From Klebsormidium nitens (taxonomy: Eukaryota > Plantae > Klebsormidiophyceae), in contig DF237200.1 in NCBI GenBank assembly GCA_000708835.1, positions 1 to 64,000 of the forward strand: a stretch of DNA of 64,000 nucleotides, given 5' to 3'. Below the pieces are notes generated by a model. It was given only the letters and a program-made list of their open reading frames with translations. It made no database searches and was not told the DNA's origin. Positions 11,778 through 22,919 of this stretch are shown one piece after another. Made by a program: the position numbers and the translations under genes. Every line of letters begins with the position of its first letter. Position 1 is the stretch's first letter.

Positions 11778-14700
11778 CTAATTCGCGCCAGTTGCACCAC
11801 CGGGTAGGTCCTCAAATTCGGCTTTGACATCTGTAGCTGTAACACTCTGAAAGCTTAAAACGTACAAACAGAAACAGGCTCTAGAAACAATTGTGACGTC
11901 TTGAAATCTTTGAGCGTCGGCGTCGCTAACTTCGCCTAAAGAATTACAGGCTTCCCACGTCCGCATTACCACCATAAGCTCTGAACGCACATGCGTGCAA
12001 AACTGCTCTATGTGGAAGCCCCATTCGAAGCAATGGGGCTTCCACGGTGGAAGAGACCTGCGGCTCAAGTAAACGAGAATGTCTGCCGCCATGACCGGGT
12101 CACTGTCTCTCAGTCCTCCATCGCGGTTCTGCGCAACAATTCTTCTAATCCTCCAGCTGAGAGAAGGCTTCCCCAGCAACTCGCAGTATCCCCGCTACCT
12201 TGGCCCGGTCCGTTACCATCCATTCCTGCAAGGCAGCTCAGAAAATGTTCTGAGCGGAACCCTAGATTTTGCTGAACCCTCACTTTGCTGCTACGTCGGT
12301 TTAAATCCGCGGACGAAAGGCAATCGAAAACCAGAATTCAAAGAACACAGACATGCAAGGAGGCGAGGACGTATCGTGTAGAGAGCGCTTTAACGTCGAG
12401 GACATCCCGGTCAGAAAGCCGAGCGGACGCATGTAGGTCAGGACACCGGTTTCAGAAGCCTTCACGGATACGTCGAGGAACGGCCGCAATATTGCACCTT
12501 GCAACATTCACATCCCAGTAGTACCGGTCTCGGAAGCTCGAACCTCTGAGGAAGGAGCTATATCTCAAACCAATGTCCTTAACTGGAGTAAGCAGCAGCT
12601 ATATTCATCGCCAATTGCAGACTTATCTAGGTGGTGCTGCGCTTACCAAAGGGTGGTGAATCAAGTTCAGCACCCACGGAAAAAAAAAAGGGAGGGGCGG
12701 CGAAAAGGAAAATACCTGGTCCCCGGGCATGACTGAACTGGTGCAGCGGTCGAAGGACACCTCGGGGTTGAGGAACTTCATCCTGCTGCGCATCGCCACG
12801 CGCGCACTGCCGTGCAGCTCACGGACGCCCGCGCGCCGCACGATGTCCGCAGCGTTCGCCTCGGACACGCCAGCTGCGCAAGCAGGAGGAAAAGAGGGAG
12901 CTTTGGCAATATTCAGAAGTCAAGCCTCGAGAGAAACGACTGAACGGTCTGGATCCGCTCGTAGGTTTAGGAGAGTTTCAAGCATCCGTTTGTCTCACCC
13001 GGGCGCAAAACGACTGGGATTTTTCATTAGGACGTCTTGAAAGCGATTTCCTCCCTTCAAGTTCTCAACGCACGTTCTTAAGGCTAAGATTTGGAAAAAG
13101 TCGATATACATTCAAGATTCGAGCTGTATCTTAAACGGGAGCACCTATTTGCCGACTTCTAGTCGAGTCGTAGAATCACGGACAGTGACTACCGGATTGC
13201 TTCGCTCCCTTGAGGTTCGATCAAAATACATGCCTACTAGGAAAGTGAGAAAGAAAAGCATTCGATTCGAGAGACGGACGCACCTCCGGCCATGACCTTG
13301 ATTCTCCCCCGGGCGGCCTCAACCAGGCTCTTCAACACGGGTACGCCCTGAGCAGCGGTCGTCTGCTGCCCTGAAGTCAGCACCCGGGGAATCTCCAGCT
13401 CGATCAGGGTCTGAAGAGGACGGCAGAATATCAAAATGATGGCAGATTGGATACGCTTTCAGCTCACAACGCCCTCGCTTTGCTGGTTTTCGACTGGAGG
13501 CTGGACTACGGGTCAGTTGTTGTCTGAAGATCCTGAGCCAGATAATTTTGTCAGGAGATCCTGAGCCAGATGTTGTAGTCAGAAGACTTTGAGCCAGAGG
13601 TTGTCGTCAGAAGTTTCATCGACAGGCACCCTGTTGGCTTGACGTCCGCAGTGCCAATTCGCGAAAGAGCTGTACTGAAACCACTAGGTACCCGGAACTT
13701 GGCTCACATAATTCTCTAGAATACTTATTGGTAAGCTCAACGTATAGAGTTATACTAGCTAATACTAAAAACCTGAACCCAACTAATCACCTGCTCCGCA
13801 CCCGTACCCACCCTAACCCCCATACTAATCCTACCCGTCTTAGTTACTATAATTTGAGCTCACTAGATCTATTCTAGAGAACGATCTGGCTCACCTCCAG
13901 GGCTTGCAGAGGGTCTCTGCAGACGTCGAACGCTCGGTGGAAGGTTATGTCGAGCCCCAGCCGCTTGCACAGGGCCACGAACGGCTTCATCTGCAACGAC
14001 CAGCGGATTCATCGGAGCAAAGCTCTAGAGGAACAGTAGAAGCTTTTTCGGATTGCCGGGCTTATGAAGAGGATAACGGGCTCGGCATCGTTTCCAATCT
14101 AATCAGATAATCATTCTCGAATGGAGAACGGCACCACAGTTCCATGTGAGGCACCCGTCGAAAGGATAGTTGCTGGCTTGGAGACAATGGGAACGGACCC
14201 CTCGACCTTCAGAGCACTAGCAAGGGCTAAGGCGAGCGACGACGAAGAACCTTGGGAGGGCAGTTCCGGCTCGTGTACGAATCGAGGCAAGCAAACAGTT
14301 TCGTTGGCCATCCAATGTCAGCCGGGGGTTCGAGGAGGGTCTTCCCGGAATTTCAACTACTCACAGCTTATACACAGACAATTCACCACCTGCTGGTTGG
14401 CATTAAGGAGCAGCAGGCTCTAGTACTTTCCGGAAAGAGTCAGTTTCCAGATCAGAAACCGGTTGCGGTGCCCTTTGCGCGGTAATCTCAGCTCGGACAA
14501 TTGTTCGCGGGAAACCTTACAATCGCAACAGACAACGGTTGAGCGGTGTTCGTTGGTCCAGCATCTTTGCAGAGTCGACTGGGCAAAACAGTCTGAATTC
14601 GTCTCAGCATGAAAAAGCAAATAGAAATGAGCAGCTCACTCGTTCAACATCGATCTCTCCCGCAGCATTGAGAACTCCCAGCACGATCCCGTTGGCCCCC

Positions 14701-16096
14701 AGAGCGGCGCAGGCTTTTATGTCCTCTCGCATAACCTGCAGATGCAAAGACCGCGTGCGTCATCTGACCATCATAAGGTTGTCAATGTACATGGAAAGAC
14801 CGTTCGTATACGTGGCCCTCTGCAAATTGGCATTGCTTGACCTTGTGCATGGATTGGTTGCCCGTAAGTTTGTGAGCTCATTGAAGCTCAAAGCTTTGAG
14901 AGCGTCAGAGGAACGTCAAGCTGAGACATTCGCCAAACACCTGCTTCCCTGTTAGCATTTCTAATATATCGAAAAGAGTTGGGGTACTGAAGTATGATAA
15001 TCTCCTTCCTCTGCTTCGAACCTATTCTGCTCGTCAATTGGAATGTTTTCAAGCTTACCTGCAACTCGTAGTCTGAGTATAAGAAGTCCCCTCCTCTTGG
15101 CCGGATCAAGATGTAGACGGGGAACTTGGCCAGCGAACGAATCGTCTTCACCACTGCGTTTGAAGGAGACATCCAACATTAGATGCACTTCGCAGATGTC
15201 ACGGTCAACTGGGGAGGTACGGGACATTGTCACGACGAAGTCTAGCAGTCTGAAAAGACGCTTGCACAATGCAGATCGCAAAGGTCCTACTATCAAGTTG
15301 CGGTTGTCATGCGCAATTTCGATTTTGGAGCGCACCTACTTTGACAAAGAGTGTGCATCGAAAGAGATTGTTCAAGGGACGCCACAGCTTCTGCATGAAA
15401 CTCACTTCCTATGCTGGGGGTCGTACCCCCCTCCATGAAGTTGGCACATAGCTCTATTCTGTGAGCTCCACCTGGGAAGACACAAGAAAGCTAGCTGTGT
15501 TGCCACAAAGGATTCCAGGACTGAAGTGGTTAACAACATAGACTGAATTTCTAAAGCAGGAACAGAGTTCGGTAGAGCAATGCATCGGCCAAGATGGCTG
15601 TCCTAAGAATGCACGATAAGTGACACTGCATCAGTTGGTGGCAGATTAGAAGACTTTGGCATCCTATACCACCAGTTACGCTATACAGAGGATACATCTG
15701 ACCGACAATATGCACCAAAGGGTCTCTTAATCCTTACATCGTGTTTGAGCTTGAGCCTTGAACAATCAATCTGAGCTTGGCCATCATCTTCTAGAACCTT
15801 GCAAGAGCTCTGAGCAAAGCATCGAACCCTCTGGAAAACCTGTGGGAGTTGCCCCGCTGCACATGTCCTGGCGGACACGTCATGATGGTAGGACTATCTG
15901 GCCAGATCAACCTTGTGATTAGCCTTCTAGTGGCTAGCAAACTCCCAGTGTCTGCCACCTAATGTAGGCCTACCATGTTCAAGCGTTGAAACAGGCAAGG
16001 CGCGGACTGCTGACCGGCAAAGTAATGCAACTCACCTGCCTGTGCTTCAAGCGCCGATTCAACAGAATCGACGCAGACCTCGAAGAGGAATCCCAT
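11778..16096 (-). CDS. CUTC: CutC-family (copper homeostasis protein, TIM-barrel) with an extended C-terminus; 8 exons, about 381 aa
   Basis: Exons 16096-16036 (MGFLFEVCVDSVESALEAQAG), 15471-15406 (GAHRIELCANFMEGGTTPSIG), 15153-15059 (PVYILIRPRGGDFLYS), 14735-14640 (MREDIKAC...GANGIVLGVL), 13990-13895 (ITFHRAFD), 13410-13284 (RVLTSGQ...IKVMAG), 12873-12716 (GVRELHGSA) and 12224-11778 (EWMVTDRAKV...). All GT-AG with consistent phases. These are hallmark CutC motifs. Confidence 0.92.
13515..13615 (+). repeat. Degenerate tandem repeat (3 copies of about 29 bp containing GAGCCAGA) in CutC intron 5
   Basis: (GATCCT)GAGCCAGA..TTGT..TCAG recurs at about 13530, 13558 and 13588. Confidence 0.6.
13712..13881. 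mobile_element. Degenerate foldback/MITE-like element in CutC intron 5
   Basis: The left arm TTCTCTAGAATA..GTAAGCTCAACGTATAG (13712-13747) matches the reverse complement of 13845-13881 (TTCTCTAGAATA..GTGAGCTCAAATTATAG). The interior is AT- and C/A-rich. No TSD identified. Confidence 0.35.
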
Positions 16097-17537
16097 TCCG
16101 ATTTCAATCAGCGCAGGAGTAATTTGGTCCAGAGATGATACGTTGTGTTAGAGCTGTTTCAGATCAATGACTGAAGTGAGTATCTATGGATGCTGTTGCA
16201 GGGTGTTTGCCCGACCCCTCGCAACTGCATAACCAGACGGTCTGCATCTCTCTTTGCAGCGAGAGCGTTTAGACGTGATGATGGACCGCACCCTGTGCAC
16301 CTATAAAACCTCTCATTGTTTTCCGTAAATCTGCATTGTTGCGCGTATTGCCAAATGCACCAATCCCTGGCCCTGCCCTGCCCCTGTTTTTGGAATGCAC
16401 AAGCTTCTTGTCGGTCCAGGGATGCCCTCAGGAGAGGGAGATAGCTCCTATAAAGCGCGCCGCCTCTGACATCAGAAATGTCTGACAGCAACCTGGGTGG
16501 GGCCTGGGTGGAGATGCTGATCGGAACCCTAAAATATCCGTCACGTGGCCGACGCCGTTCAACATAGCTTATAAGCAAGCTTGAAAATAAATTGAATTGA
16601 TTGAAAACCCCTTCTAAACCCGTGGCCCGCGTGTCGCGCGTACGCCAAGCGGCGGGGCGCGGCCAGGACCGGGATCGATCGAGCTGCATGCATGATCGTG
16701 CATGAGTGCCGCGCGGGCGACGTACCCGTCCCGGCAAGACGGTCATCATCTGCACTGTGCAGCCGCCTAGCAGGCTGCTGGCGGGCGCGCTTGCGCATGT
16801 TTGCTCCAACCGTCTGTGTGGTTAAAAGCTAGCCTAGGGGCCCGGTCACGGCGCCGTGGGGGCCAGCCGAGCCAAGCGCGGCCCCTGCGCGGCCGGACCA
16901 TCAGAAGCTGGTATGGCAACGTGAGGCTGTCCTGTCACTATCATGCATGCCAACGGCCGGCCGTTATGCAGCAACTCCAAATCAGGACAAGTCGAGGGGA
17001 CTGGATCGCAGATATATGTAGGCTCCGTTATACCGCACATTTGGGATCATTCTGAACCAGCTAACTTAATCGGACTGATACGGTAAGCAAAAGCCGACCA
17101 TTCGAAAGTCCAGACCGTGGCCGGGCATGCCCTAAAAAGATGACTAGTCGGCATGTTTGCATCACAGAAACTTGCACTGCCAGATATATTGCAACACCGC
17201 CACTTTTTGATCCGGCAATGGGACGTTTCTGCGAGCGAGTCCAGAACTCTCAAGCAGCCAATAAGCTCTTCCGAGCTAGAGACAGCTAGTACAGGGCGAT
17301 GTCGTTCAGGTCGTACCCGTTAGCGTGCATGGCCTCTTCTGCTTGCGCTTTTCCACCCTGGATTTATCAATGATATTGCATGAGGACGATCGTTGTCAAT
17401 CGACAGTCCTGACTCAAACGAAGTTGGTCAAGCGAGCCTGCTTCCAAAAAAAAGGCATGCGGCTTCGTCAACTTACATTTTGCTTGAGTGATTTGACAGC
17501 GCTTTCAGTCCTTGTTAGCGTATGAGTATTCGACGCG

Positions 17538-20500
17538 CTAAAGGTTGCCCCAAATGCTCTGTATAGGAGCTCTTTGGGCACTCACGTCCGAAGTCAGATC
17601 AAACAGAATCTTAGCCGCGACATCTGAAAGGCGGGTATCGCCCATCGCAATATTTGCAATCTGCGCTTCGTATTGAAGCATCCTGACTCGGTTTCGGGGA
17701 TCTCGTGACAGACTTTCCAACGAGAGAGCGGCTTTTCGGCTGACCTCCAGCGAATGGTGTGGCTGAGTCATGAAGGACATCAGCCGGTGCAACGCCCTGC
17801 AAAGAAATCGCTTTCTAAGTTACCAACGCCGAACAGCCAGAGCCAAACGACTCCAGGAACACAGCTTGTGAATTGTCCATTGAACATTCAGCAGTATGAG
17901 CCCATATTCGTGATCGGCGCGTTAAGACAGGTAGAAATGGACAACTCAACTCTCCGAGGAGGAAGGGTCGCTGGTCTGCTTAGGTTTTTCTCTGCAAGTT
18001 TTCACGACCAACAAATATGAAGCACAAATAATCTCCCAGTCTGCCTCAGACACTAAGTCTGGAGGGGACTGCTTGTGTTGTTTCTGAAAACCTCCGGAGT
18101 TTTGATCATGAAAGATAGCGCAAATCTCACCACTTTTCGCTGGCGATCCTCTCTCGAGCATCGACGTCCACTTCGACGTAGTTGTAAATGACTGCGACGG
18201 CAGCAGCCCGAACGTCCGGATCTTCCAGGCCCATCATCTCGACTAATCGGGGGTAGATCTGCAAATGAACCGGGTTGTTTACCTGCTCAGAAAAGTTCTC
18301 GGAAGGTCGTCGGAGCAGACTTTACGGGTTAGCTAAGGCGGAGATGTCCAAAAAGGTGCACGACAAAACAGGCGCGAAGCTTCTCCACGTAAGGTTGATT
18401 ATGTCTAGAGCGGTCTCGAAAACAATCAACGGCAATGGCGGGCCTAGAAGCGTTTCCACAGACGCCTCTGTCAGTTGGGTTGCTTGCAGCAAGATTTTGG
18501 CAGTCGGACCCAGAGAAGCAATGATACAATTAAGAAACCCCAATCGCTCTCGACTGCTTTCAAGCAGAACAGAGTCTATCCAAGTGACGATAAAGGCCGA
18601 TAGGACATTTCTTTCCTCGCTAACCTTGATTCTGCCACTCCAGTAGGTGGCACCCCGCTTGCAGCTGCGGCCACTCGACCAGCCACTCACTTTCCGCCTA
18701 ATGTTCCAAGCACGTGACGCCTTTTAGACACCGCCAGGCGACAATTGATCAAGGAACCGTCCGGCTCAAGAACCCTGTGTTCGATGTTGGCTCACCTTTT
18801 GCCCGTACGCCACGAGGTGGTTCTCGTTCTCGTCTTTGATGACCAGCCGTCCGAACGCCTCCGCGGCGCCGATGCTGAGGCTTTTGCTCTCCGACCGGAG
18901 CAGCGCGTAGAGGGCGTCCAGGATCCGCCGGACGCTGTAAGAATGGTGACGCACTGTTGACGTATTTTACATACGAACGCCGGACGTCACTGTGTATGGA
19001 AAACGTGAGCAGTAAGGCCTTGCTCTCCGGCCAAGCAGAGCGTGAAGTGCGTCCAGGATCTGATGCTGCAAAAATGGTGACTCAATCTTTTGCAGACGAA
19101 CGCTACGACGTCACTAATCCGGATTGACCGATTTGGGGCTTTCGCTACAGTGGACGGTCAGTCGAGGGAGAGAAAGGCGAGGAGCATTCGCGGGATGGAC
19201 GGAGCCTCCGGCCTGGATTTTCGCCGGACGCTGCATAACGCTGACGTCAGCTTCTGGATGAGGACTCGACGGAGGGAGTGGTCCACACAAGATCACAAAC
19301 CATAATGGAACGCTGCTGGCCATTCAAACAAAATGGTAGTAGAAAGGTGCTCGTGCTTCTGGACGCATATCTCGGCGCCAGTATGAACGGGGAAAAGCAT
19401 GGTAAGCAGTCCCGCTTCCCAATTTAAGACTTCGCTTCATCCGAGCAATCTAACAAGGCTTATGTTTGATACAGAGATTCCTGGCGGATGAACAGAAAAG
19501 CATTGAGAGGAACACTTTTGGCAGAAGACCTGACTCTTATAGCTCTGATCCAGACTCATCACTGTCGCTTGGAGCAAAAATCTGATCATCATTAACGACA
19601 CAAGAGAGAGAGAGCCCCCTCACCCAAAGTGGTGCTTGTTGTGCGGCTCTGTCCCCTTATGAAAGTTTTTAAGGTTTATCAAAGGCGCGAGGTTGACCAG
19701 CGTATCCAGAGCGTTCCCAACAAGCTCGTCGTCTTCTGCAGCAAGAAAGAAACTGCAGGCTTGTCTTTCGGTTCGATGAACTCTGTTAAGCTCCTCACAA
19801 CCAACGACTCGTAAGATTCTGAGACCCAGTTCGTTGTTCCCCGTACAGCATAGACATTCATTGTCAGGGGCACGCAGTGCTCCTGGTCGCATAACTGATG
19901 GACTTTGTGTATGCCGAAAGCGGTGCAACAGCAAACTGTGCGTCTTCTCATTGACTCTGCTTTCCGCATCCTTCAGCAAACTTCGCGTGAATCGATAAAT
20001 TCGTACATCCGGTCCCTGGAGCCATCCCTTCATCACGTAGTTCCATTCTGTAATGTAGCGGGCAAGGTGCGCAAACCCAGTCGATGGCAAAACAGTTTAC
20101 CTGTTTCATGGTCCTCGACCCACTCCACTAGCGACTCGATGAGCCGCTTGGCGGCTGCCATCGTCCCTTCGTTCTCCGGCATGAAAGACATGTTCCTGAA
20201 ACACACAGGAGCCACATGTTGTCAAAAGTCGTAGAAGGTCCCCCGACCGACCAGGTTTGCAGGCAGGCCAGCTGACACAAAGTTACCAGCAGTCCCACCT
20301 GAGTGCTTCGTCCACCTCCCTTTCTGGAGCCCAAAACATGGATAGCCCTCAAGTCTTTCGACAGTACCAAGCTGCCAACGCGCACAAATCTCTCTTCACT
20401 CTGTTCTTGGCGACGAAGGCAATCTTACTTGAAAGCCACCCAACGCAGCCAGCGATGTCTGCCACCTCCTGGCTCACCTGATTACATTTGACGCTCCCAC

Positions 20501-22238
20501 CGCCCACTGCTGCCGTTCCTCCCTGCCCTCCTCATCCAGATTAAACAGCCCCTCCTCATCCCACCACCACTCCTCCTCGGCCTTCGCCCCAGCTTCATGC
20601 TTCCCCGCTTTTGCACTCTTTTTCCCCTTTGCTCCCCCTCTCTTTCCCAACGGACTGGACTCCCGCGGTCGGCCCCGGCCCGGTGTCTCGCCCTGAGTGG
20701 CCCGTGTGCCGTACCGTCCGCTCGTGCTGGGAGGGCTTGCCTCGTGGTGGGAGCGTTTGCGGGCCTCGTTTTGGGGGGGATGTAAAGTGTCGGGGGCCGC
20801 TCGAAGGTGCCAGAGAGGATCGAGGGGGTCAACGGGGCCTTCCGTGGAGCCGAAGCCGGTGAAGTCGTGGCCGAGGCCCAGCAGGCGCAGGCGCGCGGCG
20901 CGGGCGCAGTCTCGGGGGTAGGCGATGTCACGCCATTCGTCGACCTAAGAGGTAGAAAAGATACATAAAGACAAGGAGATGTGCTGGAAAAGAGTCGATG
21001 ACGCCAGTGCATTTGGACTTGTGCACAACGGAAATGACAGCATCCATCTCCTGTACGGCTTGAGACGATATCCTGCTGTTGCGACCACACGCCAATCGTT
21101 CATGCACGAATGGAAAATATGCGCACTTTAACGTCTCTTTGTATTGCTGAAATCTTTCGAGTATCTTCTAGCACGGGGGTGTGGTAGTAGTAAAAACGGG
21201 ACTCACTTTCGAAACAGTCAATTTCCAAAAAAGCATTCCTTCAGAATGGAGCGAACCCCGCTGAATTACTCACCACTTGGATCAGCGCATCTAGGGTGCC
21301 CGGTATCTTAGCCAGTGGTGTGGTTGTCTTGCGGAAGTCGTCCTTGTCGCGGAAGGATAGAACAGTCAAGGAGTTGAGGGCCCAAGCGACCTCAGACTTG
21401 AGTCCACTCTGTAGCGCCAGCACAAGCTGCTTGTGAAACTTGTCTGCAAAAATGGATATCCCATGGTCTGCTTGTGATCAAGTTGGTTCTCTATGTTGAT
21501 ATACTTGTGCAGTCTACCTTCATTTGGTGGCACCTACTTGATCCAAAGTCTACTGAAAACGAGACGAGCGAGGAGGAGGCGAGCAAGCAAAAGTTCTGCA
21601 GTAGATCTGGTGCCTAGGAATTGGAGATTGTGGTATCAAAGGTCTTGCAGGTCCGATGCATCTTTATCGGATTGGAGTAGCAGGTCGCGAGCAAGCGCGG
21701 ACAAAGTAAATGCTCTGCCATGTCAACCGTCAGAAGCATTTGTTAGAGCATTTTCCATGTATTCCAAGAGGACATGCGCAATCACCATTTCATTTTGATG
21801 CGACAGCAAGTGATTGAGAAACATTGTTCAAAGAAATGATATGCGCAGTAGCACTGTGCACCTTGATCTCATGATCTCATGATCACAAATATGTGCAGTA
21901 CCACTGCGCGCCGCTGTTGATTGTGAGATCACAGATAAGCGACAGATAGGTGGTGTTAGAAATTACTAATAGATGTCAACAAACTTGCCTGCCATGTCTA
22001 TCTGCACCTGGACATGAGGCCCCAGGCTTGGAACCATGGGTAAGTTCGGTGCCGCCAGGGTGCCGGACCCCAACCCGAAATTGGACTTCTCCCCAGCAAA
22101 GCCATTCAACCTGGCTCGCTTCTGCGGAGGGGCCACCGATTTTCCTGCAGAAGGTGCAGCTTTCGCAGCTCGTGCCGACTGATTCTGTTGCTGACCATTG
22201 GCCGCAGGCTGTGCACCTGAAGCAGATGCACTCTGCAT
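17538..22238 (-). CDS. LFR: LEAF AND FLOWER RELATED (LFR) armadillo-repeat protein, plant SWI/SNF subunit related to the ARID1 C-terminus; 8 exons, about 539 aa
   Basis: Exons 22238-21989, 21443-21274 (LVLALQSGLKSEVAWALNSLTVLSF), 20944-20478 (VDEWRDIA...WWWDEEGLFNLDEEGR...ASNVIR), 20195-20101 (NMSFMPENE), 19735-19624 (EDDELVGNALDTLVNLA), 18934-18796, 18258-18131 (YNYVEVDVDARERIASEKW) and 17796-17538 (RKAALSLESL...SIWGNL). Phases are consistent if intron 1 is GC-AG. Confidence 0.95.
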
Positions 22239-22919
22239 GGTGGCACGGGGCTTGAACAGCTATCCGACGCTTTGGTCCAAAGCAGCTAGCTATGATCCAG
22301 CGATCAATCAGCAGTGGCCCCTGCTTTTAAATGAAACTAATGGCGTGATGTTAAAGCCAGCGCCCATTCGAAGGGCTGTCAAGGGCTACAGCTTTTTGAA
22401 GCTTTCAACGAAAGCCACACTACGATTTCTGCTCATCCAAGAGCCCTCAATGCACCACCATTTACTGTAGCAAGCGCCCTCCAATGCCCCCTACACTGAC
22501 GGCTCTAGCATTGAACTGGTGCAAGCTACCGGTAGCTGAGCTTCAGATTTTAATCTGCTCAAGCGGGAAAGTTGACCACAGCAGACTTGACCCTTCGCTG
22601 GCCACAGCGAAGAACCGTCAGATGCTATTGACATTGCCAATGGACGGCTGCAGATACAAGTATCCCAGAGTACTGGTGACACGGTTAGGGGGTAGGTTAT
22701 CGCATAACCCTACTCTCTATCATGCTCTTTCAAAGAGATCACTCGTTCATGACTTCAACTTCAACCTCAGCCTCAGGCTCAAGCCTGTTACTATTATAGG
22801 GCAAACGCTCAGGAAGCAAAACGATTGGCGCTCCTCTGCAATCAATGCACTATTGTGGGGCACGCTCATGAAGGATGGTGACCTTCTCTTGCAATAAGAT
22901 TCTTGGAAAGACGTAAAAG

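Noticed and set aside
13811-13816. Interstitial telomeric repeat (CCCTAA)
   Set aside because: Only one exact unit within a C/A-rich stretch.
16829-16858. Helitron 3' end (GC hairpin followed by CTAG on the minus strand)
   Set aside because: The base after CTAG is not T, no matching 5' TC end was found, and the palindrome is short.
18275-18690. Overlapping ORFs of about 120 aa on both strands inside LFR intron 6
   Set aside because: LFR splices cleanly across them in frame, and they show no motif or codon bias.
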